Notes under the pieces: generated by a model
Told to the model about the DNA's origin: nothing
The model's input: only the letters and a program-made list of their open reading frames with translations
The model's database searches: none
In this document: one piece after another, positions 40,679 to 59,252 of the stretch
How positions within the stretch are numbered: the first letter of the stretch is position 1
Layout: every line of letters begins with the position of its first letter
Position numbers and translations under genes: made by a program
Assembly: GCA_003344405.1 (NCBI GenBank)
Contig: NOWV01000138.1
Coordinates: 62,001 to 126,000, forward strand
Direction of reading: 5' to 3'
Source: Trichoplax sp. H2
Lineage: Eukaryota
DNA length: 64,000 nucleotides

Positions 40679-41260
40679 AGAATGAAGAGGATACTAGGAG
40701 GGCGGTATTGGATAATTCAATTGAGATGAAATATCGTCTAGTTGCTACCTTAGTTAATTCTACGAAAGAAAAGGAAAATTAATTACAAGCTGTAGTTGTT
40801 ATTTCAAGTTGGTTGTACAATATATGAAAATACTAGAAAGATGAATGAAAATGCTACCATAAGGGCATTATTGAATCATTACTGCGTAATAAATGGGGGG
40901 AAAATAGCGCCCAGTTACTATTATGGCAATTTTTAGTGACAGAAAATAAAGAATTAATTTCAAGGTTGTTATTTAAAGCTCATTCATGCACTCTATTAGA
41001 AAAATAAAATACCTAAAAGAGGAATGAAGAGGATACCAGAATGAGCGTATTGGATGCGCAAAGATGTTAAAGTAAATGAAATCGGAATGGAGACAAAAGA
41101 TCGGCCAATTTCTACCCTGGCTACTTTAATGGCAAGAAAAAGAGAGTTAATTTCAAGATTTGATTCCTTATTGAAAGTTCACTCTAGTACTCTATTAAGA
41201 AAAAGAATACCTAATATGCGTAGAGGAATGCAGTGGATAGCAGAATGATGGTATTGGATC
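40679..41260. repeat. Degenerate local repeats upstream of the VAT1-like gene
   Basis: GAATGAAGAGGATAC.AG.....GTATTGGAT at ~40680, ~41022 and ~41226; TTAATTTCAAG..T...CTCTATTA.GAAAA...AATACCTAA twice. Confidence 0.6.
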
Positions 41261-42959
41261 GATGGTGTGTTAAGACTGGGCTATTTGATAGCTTAATTTA
41301 GACAAATCTATTCAATTTATTCTTAGATTTTAGTCTGCAATGGTAGCAGAGCGCTGTTACTACTGGTATGTTATGATCAATATATGCGCTGAAGAATAGA
41401 GTAAAGAAATAATATTGGATAAAGTGATTGATGATTTCATACATAAAAAGGATTGATATAACACCTTGTGCTTTTATAATAAACATCAATCCTGTGGGAT
41501 TATCATGGAGGGAATCTTATTAATTGGTGAGATATCCAATCATTAGCGAATAGTGTTGACGATATCTAGGCGTAAATGCCATCCAAATCGTTACTATTGC
41601 TTGTCCTTTAGTCAAGATTGGTTTCTTCTTTTACTGTATTCTCATTCTCCTAGCCTAGGTGAAAAGTAATAGTGTCAAAAATAATGTGCAGCCTATTGGT
41701 CATTTCTTCTCATGGATGTGAATGTCTATAAGTAATAGTCATGTAGTATTTGATGCTCGAGCTTATCAATATGGAAGTGGTTTTTCTTAGCCATTTCTCG
41801 CTAATTGTTATTATTTGACAATACCATTACTGACTATCGGCCGCTTTCTGCTCTACCGATATTCCTTGTAGTCAAGAATTTTTCCTGTGCAACGTTAATG
41901 AGGAAATTTTATTTGTCTTTTCCTTGAAAATCACACCCAGACAATGTCATACCTTACGTGCTATGCAGAACATGATCCAAAACGGTGTTTAGTTTGAATT
42001 AGTCTAGCTTAAAGTAAATAGAATTAGTGGTCTTGAGCTACAAGCCTATAACGTTGTCATTGCACACTGTTGTAGCTGTTAATTAATTGCCTTTCCTTAG
42101 ATGAGATAGACTTAAGCCCATAAAAGCATGAGCAAAACATGACGAGCGATATTCATGAATGAGAGTTGAATAACACTTTTCGTTAATGCATTTGCTCCTC
42201 TGCTGCTGTCAAGACGAGCAAAGAATTATCTCATACGTATGGAATCATGCACTAATTTATTCTAATGCTGAGTATTTTGAACAGGAATATAAGTCGTTTA
42301 CTTGAAATTCTAGCGGTAGCGATCCTAGCCAGCTCTGACACAGAGTATTTTGAACCAGGAGATTAAAATCATTCAACTTGAAATTTAAAAGTGGTAGCAA
42401 TCACAATCTCCTCCGAAAAGGCGTACTTTGAGCAAAGAAATTCAAATCGTTAACTTCAAATCCATGCGGCACCAGTAAAAGTGTATTACGGAATATTCAA
42501 TTAATCCATGATGCTATTCCTTGTCCTAAAAAAGTGCAGAAAATGCATCATGCAACATTTCTTTATTTCCAGACTAGCATAACTAAATATAAAGCATCAT
42601 ATCATACTATGGAAGCCAAGGGTATTGAGCAAGAATTGCAGTGTTCTAATATCTATTTATCAATTCAATTAGTTATGAAGCATAAGAATGTCACCTCCAT
42701 ATGAGTTTTGTACTTGCCCTATACTGCATTAATGATATATGCTTGTAAAAGTACGTTATTTATTTGCAGCTGTGATCATTGAAGGCAATGATTACTACTG
42801 TGTAAGAGTTTTGTACCTCCTTAAGACGATATGGCGAGTAATTATAGATATCCATAAACGTACACTATTTATTTTCTTGGACGATCAATGCAGGCCATGA
42901 TAAAGCATGCTACTTCATCAGGGTTTTGCACTGTACTTCCAAAACTATATCAAATATAT

Positions 42960-43072
42960 TAGCTATATATATATGATATATATTACATATATGATATATA
43001 TGTTAAATATAACATATATGATATATATGTTATATATAGATTATATAGATATGTCAATATATATATATATAA
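42960..43072. repeat. (TA)-rich low-complexity tract
   Basis: ATATATGATATATAT... repeated. Confidence 0.85.
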
Positions 43073-43108
43073 TGTTCGCTAATAATAATATGCATACGTA
43101 TACATTAT

Positions 43109-43737
43109 CTAGTAGTCCATGCATAATTTTTCTAGTAGTCCATAGACAACTTTTCTACTAGTCCATGGTCGACTGCGTAATCCCAGCCATGATTGAACAG
43201 GTCGTCCATGGACAATTTTTCTAGTAGTCCATGGACAACTTTTCTACTAGTCCATGATCGACTCCATAATCCTAGCTATCATTGAACAAGTCGTCCATAG
43301 ACAATTTTTCTAGTAGTCCATGGACAACTTTTCTACTAGTCCATGGTCGACTCCATAATCCTAACTATCGTTGAACAAGTCGTCCATGGTCAGACCAAGG
43401 ACAATTTTTCTAGTAGTCCATGGACAACTTTTCTACTAGTCCATGGTCGACTCCATAATCCTAGCTATCATTGAACAAGTCGTCCATGGTCAGACCAAGA
43501 ACAATTTTTCTAGTAGTCCATGGACAATTTTCTAGTAGTCCATGCATAATTTTTCCAGCAGACCATGGAAATTTTTCGAGTAGTCCATGGTCGACTGCAT
43601 AATCCCAGCTATCATTGAACAAGTCGTCCATGGTCAGACCAAGGACAATTTTTCTGGTAGGCCATAGACAATTTTTCCAGTAGTCCATGCATAATTTTTC
43701 TAGTAGTCCTTGGACAACTTTTCTACTAGTCCATGGC
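43109..43737. repeat. Minisatellite of ~23-bp TAGTAGTCCATGGACAA(T/C)TTT(T)C units within a ~95-120 bp higher-order repeat, upstream of MEMO1
   Basis: More than 15 copies of the AGTCCATG core; spacer GTCGACTCCATAATCCTAGCTATCATTGAACAAGTCGTCCATGG recurs five times. Confidence 0.92.
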
Positions 43738-44053
43738 CATTAGTCTGCCATGTCTATCCCAGTCTCTATAACTTCTGTTCCACCTCCAGTGGCGATGTCT
43801 ATCTGGGCCAGGCCAGGACTCATGTCAGTACTACAGTCAATAGAATGTATTATGTAGTAGTGCGCTACAAGGGTATAGTACTGTGTTGGATCAAAAAGAC
43901 TACCGTAGCCATAGTGATGCAAAGCATTATAGACTCGTCGACTAGAAAGGCTTGCGATCAAACCATTGAATCGGGTAGTAGCGCTGACATTGGCGTTAAT
44001 AAACAAGAATCCATCGTCATTTCTTCTCGCTCAAGCATTTCTCCATTAGGATC

Positions 44054-47000
44054 ATGGCTCATCGTCAAGCAACCCACGCTGGCTCATGGTATAGTAGTTC
44101 AGGTGATGATGTATTGATATAGGATAGTCCACTAATTTGGCATATTTTTCAATGCATTCGACACGGTAGCCACGCTTGGCTATTGTCACTTTCTTCTCCA
44201 CCATTTTCCACTCTATCCCAGCTCATCGTGCCTATTGATCGTAAAAATTCTCTTCTACCATAAGGCAATTTCCCCTTCTACCTGTATGCCAGTCTTTGAC
44301 TGTACATTATAGACTGAAAGACTTACTCTCATCCACAGCTTGCTGGTAGTTGTTGTTTTTTTCCTCTCATTTCTTGGCCGTTTGGCGATATTGCGATTAT
44401 CAATGAAGTCATACTGTATGTAGACAGTTTTGAATGAATAACTTGGACTACCATTTCACTGTTGAAATGATCCAAAAATCCTCATTCAACTTTTTGGTCT
44501 CTTGTTAATGGAATCTACATGATGTAGACAGCAAGTAAAGTCTTTGAAATGAGCCACAGTGTAGATATCTACATGTAAGAGATTGATGAAGTTTTCATTG
44601 TTAAAGTAAACATTCCATTCCCTTTCTCTCTACTCCGTGGATGGGCTTTGTATTGGATCAAGTAACTTTCTTGCCCAAACAAAAGGAATCAATCCTCTAT
44701 AGAACATGATACTCCAACAAAAAATAAGAGCCAGTCTAATAGCAGTAGAAGACTTCTGTTCTAAACTACCAAGAGTGATCTGTACTCTGAGAAGCCCCTT
44801 GTGCTATCCAGTCAACTGGGAACATTGACTTTGAGCATACTTGATTCCAACAAGATAGCGCTTATCCGGTCGAATAGGGTACGATACTGGTACAAATAGT
44901 ATGAATAAAAGTTCAATGTTATGATGGAGATTGTAAATAGGATAGCACGCCATCAAGGTTAAAAAATCGTAAGACTGCTCGTTATGGCAGTAGTAAAAAG
45001 TAGTAATATCAATCAGCCACTTTAGGTTATGTAGGTACCCTTGCCAAGATGGGAAGGATCCTCAAAACTGACATAACTTGAGCCAATAACATAACGTTAG
45101 CCTAGCGTCATCATCATGGTTGATTTCGATAATTGCATACTGTACTGTATTAGAAAATCGATACTGTAAATGAAGATCTTGATAGTGTGGTACCATAGCT
45201 TGGCACATTAATTATGGCTATCTGTTTCCTGCTGTAGGATACTTTTACCAGTAAAACTACACATAGAGGTAGACATGAGTGATTAATGATGTATGAGCTT
45301 AGTATAGACCAGGGTACACAAGAACTCAAATGAAACTTTTGGAAGGTTAATAGTTTCCCGATGAACCAGGACATGCTACATAAGCCATAAGGCGATAGGT
45401 TTTCCCCAAATCATATTTGGCTTCACCGAAAACATGATCCATCTACACTTTAAAGTTACATTACCGTAGGAAATAGTTTAAAATAATAATCAGGCTTCTT
45501 ATAAAGAATTCGAGAATGTGACTGTATGATATTCTCTGCAGTAGAGAACCATTCTTAAATGTTAGTTATAGGAACAGTGAATGTAGTAGTAAATATTATT
45601 ATTTACCCTAGATCGATCATCCGTTTTAAGCCATTCCCTATACTAGATCAACTGATAGAAATGCGATCACGAACCTACGTACTATCATGAACTAGCACTG
45701 TACCTTGTTAGTATTTATAGCTAAAGTAGCATTGTCTCACTAATATTCTATTTTTTATCTAACGGCTCATCCAATTTTCCCATATAGGCAGTGAATTATC
45801 AAAACAACTAGGTGGTTGGTTATCCAAAGTTGCAAATGGCAATACACCTGCTAAAGCGATCATTGCGCCGTAAGCAAATTAATAGTTGTTACTTTAAGGC
45901 TAGCAACGATATCATAGCGAAATAGTTATCGACTCAGGTCTAGTAATATGGATCGGAACAACGGTCAAGGTTATTGATCGTACATAATCTTAAATGGATC
46001 ATAACGATGCCAATCAATACCAAATGATATATAATCGTTTAATGTAGTTATACAACTTGTAGTTCATACGAATTGGTCTTGTGTTCGTTATACTAGCAGC
46101 TAGCTGATAGGAAAGTACTGAATGCAATCATTTTTACTTCCTTGATAGTATAAATAGAAGTAGAAGAAGAGTTGGTCATTCATAACATGTTTGTTTATTA
46201 CATACACTTGATCAATTGCAATGTGATAATCACTTTATTGCATGTGCTGTATTTTAGGCATGCTGGCTATGCTTATTGTGGAGCTTGTGCAGCTTACGCT
46301 TATAAACAGATTGACCCAAGAGGAATGTAAGTTTGATGAAATAGCACTTTTACAATTTTAAGGGATTGCCCCTATGACTACCATAATTCCAGTTTAGTCA
46401 ACATGTGCAAGTCATCTATGAATTCTTAATAATAATGATAGTCCGAGTATTTTAGAAAAGTTAGCTAATATTGAGTAGGCAACTCCAAAGGTTAACAGTT
46501 CCGTTTGTAATGTTTGGTTACTCAAAGGCTGAAATGGCGACAGAATGATAGCATAAATCGTACTAAAAGTTTACGTCTATTTTCTTCTTTAAAATTGACA
46601 GCAAAAGAATATTCGTATTAGGACCTTCACATCATTATTATCTGACCAAATGTGCAATAAGTATGACGAGTCAATGTAATACTCCTCTTTATCCACTGCA
46701 AGTCGATACCGAAAGTAAGCTTTGCTAGTCATTATTTCAATCGAGGCATAGACTGATTTTCCCCGTTTTATATAACAGTTAATAATCAGCTGTTAAAAAC
46801 TGGAAAATTTGATAAAATGTCCAAAAGTGTTGACGAAGACGAGCATAGTATTGAGATGCACCTTCCATATATTGCTCAAGTCATGTCCAGGTTAGTTGGT
46901 CAAGATTAATAAAGATTTCATTAAAATAAACAATTGAACCTAATGCAAAACTGATGCCCAAGATATTGCATTTCAATTCATAGTCGATTTAAAATCAACT

Positions 47001-48265
47001 TCAATAATAAACTATTTGACATTTATTATTTTCTATCAGTTAGTAGTGCATAAACGTTGACTTTATCCTTGTATCCATAAAGCCGTATTATCTTATGGCA
47101 GCTACAATTATCTACAATCCACTGTTGACCTACTACAATTTATCTTAACTGCGATTAAAACCATAAAAATTGTTTCTTGCGCTAGCCGCTCTCCGGATTC
47201 CTTTACAATTGTACCGATTCTAGTTGGTGCGCTTGGATATAGGGAAGAGCTGATGTACGGAGAAATTTTCAGTCAATACCTTGTTGATCCTGAGAATTTA
47301 TTTGTCATCTCGTCGGACTTTTGTCACTGGGGTAAGTTTTACTTTCTGTTTTCAATGGAACAGTATGCTACTATGCCAAACCTGATTATATAGCGTTCAC
47401 TTCTCCTTTATGGACGTATAGAATTAATTTAAGTAGGATTACGCAGACTTAATTTCGCAGACATCACTAGAGGGTTGTATTCAACAACCTAGCAGAGTTT
47501 TAATGTCGGGCGCAATTTTTTCAATATGTACAATAAATAAAATTAGAAGAATACTAATTGTATTATGACCTACTGCAATATTCTAGGTAAAAGATTTAGG
47601 TTTACGTACTATGAAAAATCTCACAAGCATATATTTTCATCCATTGAAGCCTTAGACAGAAAGGTACTTTTCAAAGAAGAGTAGAACACAGTTAAGATTA
47701 AATGCACGAAAATATACGTGTATAAGTACAATATAATACTGTAGTTTGAAAGTTTCCTACTTGCATTATTGGTATCGCTGATGTGAGTGTTGTATACTGT
47801 AATTCGAAATCCAGCAATCACTAGATGTAGTCGGGTAGATTAAAGTTGGATAGGATTGAGCGACATGGCTGTCTTATCTAAAATTTAAATTTTATACTAC
47901 AGGGAATGGACCTGATTGAACAACTGGATCCTGCTGGATTTCGTGAATACTTAGACAAGTATCAGAATACAATTTGTGGCCGGCACCCTATTGGTGTTCT
48001 GTTGCAAGTACGTATGATCATTCTGTAGCTACAGTAAACTAAGGCGATAGGGTAGCTGGCGCATTTATGAATGGATGCAGCCGTACTAGTCTTAATATTA
48101 AATCATTTTCCTTTCTTTTTTTAGGCAATTGATGCCGTTAGAAAAAAGCAAAGGTCCAACATGAAAATGAGATTTTTAAATTATGCTCAATCGAGCCAAT
48201 GTTTAAGTGCAAACGACAGCTCCGTTAGCTATGCTGCAGGAGTCTTTAATTTATCTACTTCGTAA
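44054..48265 (+). CDS. MEMO1: Protein MEMO1 (mediator of cell motility), 9 exons
   Basis: Exons 44054-44102 ([13 protein letters not shown]), 45788-45869, 46258-46326 (HAGYAYCG), 46602-46714 (IFVLGPSHH), 46779-46890 ([13 protein letters not shown]), 47186-47331 (SSDFCHWG), 47587-47663, 47903-48007 ([10 protein letters not shown]), 48125-48265 (YAQSS...DSSVSYA). Confidence 0.96.
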
Positions 48266-49891
48266 CTTGTTGGTAACAAAGGCTATCAACGATAGGACAT
48301 GCTTAAGTACATTGTAGTTTCTTATCAAGGATCTCCAATGATTTCTTAATTCGTTTCTCTAATATGATTGTCATTTGGCAGTTATGCTGCTGATGCAATT
48401 GTAACATCTTGACGATTTGAATCGTATGTTGACTCAAAGTAAAATGACTCAGTTAGATTCTGACTAATAACACTAACAAAATACTACTCATGTGTAACTG
48501 TAGTTCATCGATTCCATGTTCAATTAGCCCATGACATTGAAGTGTGTATTATATCCTTGGATATTATATAAAAGGAATTATTTCTAAAGCGAGCCTTGAA
48601 TTCTATAACTCAATGCTGTTGTAGCAATTGATAAGTAATGAGTCTAAGTAGGAATCGTGCAAGTATATATATATATATATGAATGACACCATCTTCATGT
48701 CCTTTTTATTAAGTACGTAGCTATTGACAGTTAGGCCCAATACAGAATGAGAAGTTAATATACGTATATCATACTACAGTACGTTAAGGTAAACATTGAA
48801 GTTTAATTAAAGAAGCTCGAATAGTGTAACTAACTAATGTTAATTTAGCAAAGTCATTGATTATATAATTAGGAATTAATAATTCACTTAAATGAGGCTA
48901 AAGCCATAGAAATTGATTTGACAGTTGAAAGTCATCATTTACAGCTACGCACTCAATTATCTAGCTCAACTAAAACGGTGAAAAGGATAGAGTTATTGAG
49001 AAGATTTTCTCGAAATTACTACGGACTCTTTCAAACAGAAAAAAATATATAGACACAACACAGTCACTATCATAGTATCAATTTTTCACCAGTCATTATA
49101 AAAAAAAAATTGCAAATCATCACCAATACTGTTAGAACAGAACAGAACATGAAGTGCCTACATTCTTTAAAGCTTTACAGCACAAATATTCCAAAGACAG
49201 TAACAGCAGTTACAAACGAGTAATTCTGTTACTGTCACTACGAACAAAGTAACATATTTAGAGGTACCGGTTAACGTTAAACTTTTTCCTTTCCTAAATA
49301 TAGTTGTTAGGATAAAAAAAAGGCTAAGCTGAACTGCTAAATAGTAGATACACGTTTTACCGTAATATGTCAGCACCACGCTAATGATTATAGAAGTTGA
49401 TCACTTAGAGACCTACTACTTTTACACTCAAGGAAAATGTTATCAAAAGCTACTGTAATCGTTCAGCAAGTACACTACGACCGCATCTAACGTAAATTGA
49501 ATTTATTTAAATTGCAAACAGTAATTAAATGTGATTGGACTAAGATTGAAAATTGTTGCATTTCGTTACGTATTTGATAATTAGATTGACGAAAACCTCA
49601 ACATTTCGAGTAATCTCACAAAAGATAGATGAAGCTGTCCATAGTCATAATAAATTTTAAGTCATAATTCTACGCCACTAACAAATTTTGCCTATTTACG
49701 TTGTATTAATGGAATAGATAATCTACTTTTACAATGGTGATAGTACTAATTAAACGATATTAGTATTTCAAAATGTTGCTACTACGATATAGTGTAGTAC
49801 AATAAGTAATTTACTTGTAAGTCACCATCAATGAGCTGTTGTTGATCGTACTTAGAATATTCTATAGACCTTTCAATTTTGATAAGAAGTC

Positions 49892-53854
<3,963 letters not shown>

Positions 53855-54419
53855 GGTGGTTTGGCGATAATTCTATGTAGTTACAGTAATTAAAATGGAT
53901 ATAAAGGTAGTTGGGTTGAAAGATTTTCCTTGAAAGTGGAAGTGTAACCTAAAAGAAAGAATCAAGAACCGTTAGTTGAAGGCATAACCTGGATCCATTT
54001 GCATTTTTCTGACTGCCTCCTGTCAAGGCTATTGTCAATGACTCCTTTACAGTCTACTCCAACACTGATTCAACACCTTTTTTCACTGGAACTTGGTGCC
54101 ACTGAAAATTTCTCTTTTTTCTTCCTTCAGTACTCTCCAATCGCTGAATGGAGGAATACTGATAATCAAGAGTCTAAATGAAATAATCAATTGTATCTGA
54201 CTAATTGGAAAGTACAAGTTGGACAAGGTGGAAACTTGACAGCGTTGTAAAAGTCCTCCTAGCAAGCAAAATCCCAATCCACTGGCAACGATTTTTTTTT
54301 CTCCAACGAGACGTACAGTAAGTATCTGCTGCTGCTGTGGATATGACGTACTGCCCAGTCACCAATCATGCACCGTCTGACAGTGCGCAAACCCTTGTAT
54401 GCAAATGAAGACGTAGCAA

Positions 54420-56250
54420 GGCTTACAGTACAGTACTGTACAGTACGGTATGGCTGGGTGTCCTTTTTCCCCTCCCTGGTGCATGACTGCTTTTTATCCC
54501 ATACGCCGCCATCAGACTGAAAGGGCACGATCGTACAGTACTGTAGACTGTAGAGTAGGCACGGCACCGGATGGCACCAATACCAAGTACTGTACGGTAC
54601 GATGCTGTACTGTACTGTACAGTACAGTATATGTACAAATATGCAGTCTTGATCCATTACCGCGTGTGACCCTCGAAAAATCCTACAGTATTGTAGTGTA
54701 CAGTCTACAGTGCCACTGTAGACTGGTTTGGTACTGTCCTTGGTGACATGGAGCATGACGCAGCGACCACCCGTACTGTACAGTGTACTGTACAGTACGT
54801 CGCGTGCAGTACGCAACGCTGTCGGATACAGTACTATGTACTGTACGTACGACAGTACAGTATAAATCACCTTTTTGGACAGGCAAGAGAAAAGCTCCTT
54901 TCTCTCCACGGTACTACAGACTGACTGTCTCCAGGACTGGAAATGGGTATCAGTTGACAGTGTACTGTGTATGTGTACAATGGACATCCAATTCATCTTG
55001 CCCTATCGTACAGTATCAGCTCAAACTGGCAACGTGTCCGTGGTGAGACTGTACGGTAGAGGCAGAAATCTCAGTTTTACCGCTACTGTTGAGACGCCCG
55101 ATCGTAAAATTGGGGTGTCATTTCTGACAGTACAGTAATGATTTTGCGAGCTTATACCTATCCAAGGTTGAAGGATTTCAACCCATGACTTGCCACTGCA
55201 GTGTTAAACACCGCTGCTCTACACTAGCGAAGTTGCTGCTTGCTCGCAGCTATGATGAAGGAATTTAATCCCACCGATGACGGAAGTCAGCAACAACTCG
55301 ATAGTATGTCTGACCAATGACCATCAGCTGAGAAAGAAGAATACATGGAGGTCAACTTACTGAGTGTTCAAATGCCATGCACTGTAGCTAGTACAGCACT
55401 GTAGCCAAGAAAATGCGACATTGTTTTCACGCGACTTTCAGCAATCACTCGCATTCATCAAGCCATACTCATACAGAATCCATAGTCAGATCTCAACAGA
55501 AGATACTGTACGATACTTTACAGCTGGCTCCAGTCACCACTACAATCGCTATATAGTACATTTGCATTGGTTAGCATCATTGATTACGACCATAGCCCTC
55601 AAAACAGAAATAATGTCACTCGGACGGACCTGTACACTCAGTGTACAGTGTACAGTGCAAAGTCATCACCACCCCCGCACGGTGGGTGACATCTATTTTT
55701 TGCCCTCCATCGTACTGTACTCTACTGTACTGTACCAGTGTACCCTACCCCGTGCACATGACTTGCGATTTCATATTGTCACATACAAAAGGCCTCTTAC
55801 AATTAGAGGTGCTGTCACCTCCAATGGCCACGCTCACACTCAGCCTTGTCTCATTCTCAGCGATGACGAATCAACCAGTCATGGCATTCCGGGGCAATGA
55901 TGACGTAATGATGTGCGCATGAAAGAATTTTTTAAACAAGAAACGCTATCTGCCATTGCATTGATGGCTCCAACTGCAATGGCATCCATTTTTATACTCC
56001 CTTACCATGGAGTCAAATCCTTTAAACGATTGATAAGTTTTAATAGAACACCAATACATCAGCTTATGATACATAAAATGATGATTGGAAAGAAAGACGA
56101 AAGGAAAAAAAATGAAAAGAGGCGAAGCATGATCCGTTTATAGTACTGCACAGTACAGCAAAACGTACCCCCAGTGGTCCCCCACCCCCACCCCCAAAAT
56201 GAACAGAATTGACAGTACAGTACTATACTGTACACTACAGTACTGTAGGT
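54420..56250. repeat. Low-complexity domain rich in TACAG/CTGTA pentamers and short palindromes upstream of Rab1
   Basis: Dense GTACAGTA/TACTGTAC motifs, including the perfect 22-bp palindrome TACTGTACTGTACAGTACAGTA at 54608-54629. Confidence 0.75.
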
Positions 56251-59200
56251 ATCGATGGATTCGAATCATTCCAATGATGGATTATTGTACGCATTTGGTC
56301 GATTTTCAGAATAGAATTTTGATACATCTAATTGGAGCACTTAGGATGTTCCAATTAAATTATTTATACAGTATATCATACTGTATAACATAGTATAGGA
56401 AATCAATGGGAAAATAGGATGACATCATGACCTGTAATGAATGCCATAACTGGTCACAAGTCATTTGGCTATGATATCATCCTGTAAAAATACTCGTAAA
56501 TAGCAATAGTAACGCTGGAAAGAGAGATACCTTATTAATTAATTAATTAATAAAAGCATAAAATACATAAAAACAACTATGACCTCATTGATTAGTGCAC
56601 TACTAGCAATGACGCGCGTACCTTAAGGTTAAAGAACGAAAGCTTATAGTACAACAGTACAATACAGATTGGGATACTCGTCCATAATGAATTCACATGT
56701 TACGAATATAATTCAATAATATAATTATCGTAGTAATAGCGCTGCTCGCTGTTCAATTGCAGAAGTAGAAACGCTGATTTCATGAAGAAATCATTTTGAT
56801 TCTAGTCCATCGACATGTAAGGAATAGTTTAATAAACGGACAAAGTCAATATGACTCATCATCCAATTCCATGACAGCTTTACAATTTCCAATACCTCTG
56901 CGATGGTACAAAGATCATGGCTGTATTTTAAAACTCTATTAATATGATCTTAACATTCTACTTGGCTGCGTATCATCAGTCAATTCGCTTTCATCATCAA
57001 GTGGACATTGACATCATAATTAGTCTTGGCAGGTAAAATAAAAAAATTATCCATACAACGTGGAATCGGTGGAATATCATCAACCAGCAAGCGCTTAAGC
57101 TCGACCACAATATTTTCGAATTGATGTAGATGATGTAAACGGTCAACCTAACCTGAATATTCATTCATTGTACAAGGGCTACTCTATTCTATTCAGCAAC
57201 ATGTCGGCACTTAGTTGCGCTTCTTTAGATAATTTTAAGTGCTAATAGGACAATCTACCTTGACTGCCGTGCTCTTGATATGTTGTCACAGTACATAGCA
57301 CAAGATTATCTTCAAGCCTTGAAGAAGTTAATACTAAATTTAATATAGTAAACCTGCATGTAAATTACGTGTTGTTTTTTTAACTAGCTTAGCTAAAATG
57401 ATCGCCTACACCCTGGTACCTAATTCAAGGCTTTGAGAAAACAGTTTCTACCTAATTTAGATAACAGTATTACAATAAAATCAGCCTTTAATTTAGAGTC
57501 AATGACCTCACTTTATGGCAGCGTGATAGAGTCCTGCATAAATTAAAATTGAATAGGACTACCATTAATTAGTACACAGTACCGTTCTTGAGCTAAAAAT
57601 AAGTTGAATTAGTTCATATCTCGCTTGTTATGCTTCGCAGTTATAGCAATGCTGGATCTAAACACAAGCAGAATCACTTACCAAGATCCTTCACGCAAGA
57701 ATTTACAATATTTCACTGCTTATTCTTTGCATGTATTAACATCATCATAACCATAGAAATACAACTGGTAGTAGTAATAGCCCGCTACAAACTAGTAGCT
57801 AATTACAGCCTTCATACTATAATAAATATATTTTACCATCCAATTCCTCTCCAAGCAGTACTATAAATTAGTCTTGAATTAGTAGCATTGCTTTCGCTAC
57901 TACGTCGTTACAGCATGTAGTACGTATCGTCCTCGAGTCTTGAATCAATGTAAATTTAATATAGTCCTGCTAATATCAACAATGGCAATGCTATTTCTCG
58001 AGAACGACATCATGAGGAGATTATATTTTTTCAATAGTTTGGCCTAATGCTGTAGTATTTTTCTATATAAATGCGATGGACAAGAACTCATTCCTAGCTG
58101 GACTGAGACATTATTATTCGCTCATAGGCATTGATAGGGATCTTATTAGATCTATACTAAGGTCAACAAACCAATCATTTGGTACGCTATCAGATACAAT
58201 TAGTACTCTAATTATTTCCAGGTCGCAAATTCGTAGAAACGCTAGCTTAGAAACTCATATTTGAGAATACACTGAGCCTACGTCGCCAAAATAAGGACAA
58301 ACTATAACCATTCTTCAAATACAGTGCATTCTTGCAGGATGCTGGAAAGTCATTGCATCATGATACCAACAGATTCATATCAACTTATTGATGGTCGCCA
58401 TTATTATACTTACCAGTATATTCACAGCTGGATTAAATCAATGTATTTGTTAAATTGTAGATATTCCAATTTATTACTAACAGTAAATAATCACTGATCA
58501 TAGATTCTCATTGTATGTAATTGGATGTCTGGAAGAGGATATCTTCTCTTGGATAGTTATGCTTTCCTGTAGGTATTCTCTGACTAATTCTATATTCAAT
58601 CTCACTTCTTGCAATTCATCTATCATTTTCCTGTCCTTCATCGCAACGATAGATATGTTATATGTATTTAATACATACGATCTAAATTACATAAATAAAT
58701 GCATTTCACATTGGTCCAGTTACGCCTTGCAAAGTATTACTATTATTATCATCGATAGAAATTGGAATTTAAGACCATCTAACGGCGATAGATCATAACG
58801 TATAGAATGATCAAGTTGGCATTGCATGCATTGATGAGACAATGTCTACTGTGCTTTACAAAAATAATGTATAGTTAGAAAGTAGCTACGAGCTTCGTTT
58901 AATCCTAGCATCCTCTCATTCTCCACTGATGCTAATTTCATCTTAATAATATGATGCAGATTCTTACGATAAATAAGGCTTTTGACTTTTCGGTTGATGG
59001 CCTAGTCTCTATATTAGGTATTAAGAAATAAGCAATTTGATGAAATACTTTTCTATTTTATACTCTGATGTTTAGAACTGCGATTATTATATCGAACAAT
59101 TGTTAATTGAGTCTGATTAGCTGCAATGAAACCAGTAATGTCTTGAACTTTGCTTGTTACATCGATTCCAGAGAGCAAAATCGAATCATATGTTGACATC

Positions 59201-59252
59201 GAGTATTTTAATTGATTTTTTCGATTCTAGTATACTCGCATATGCTTGTGTA

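Noticed and set aside
43461-44117. ORFs upstream of MEMO1
   Set aside because: Minisatellite translation or frames overlapping the true MEMO1 first exon in another frame.
54259-55900. 245-aa and 159-aa ORFs rich in Y/S/T/V/Q/C
   Set aside because: Composition follows from the TACAG/CTGTA low-complexity sequence; overlapping ORFs on both strands and no domain.
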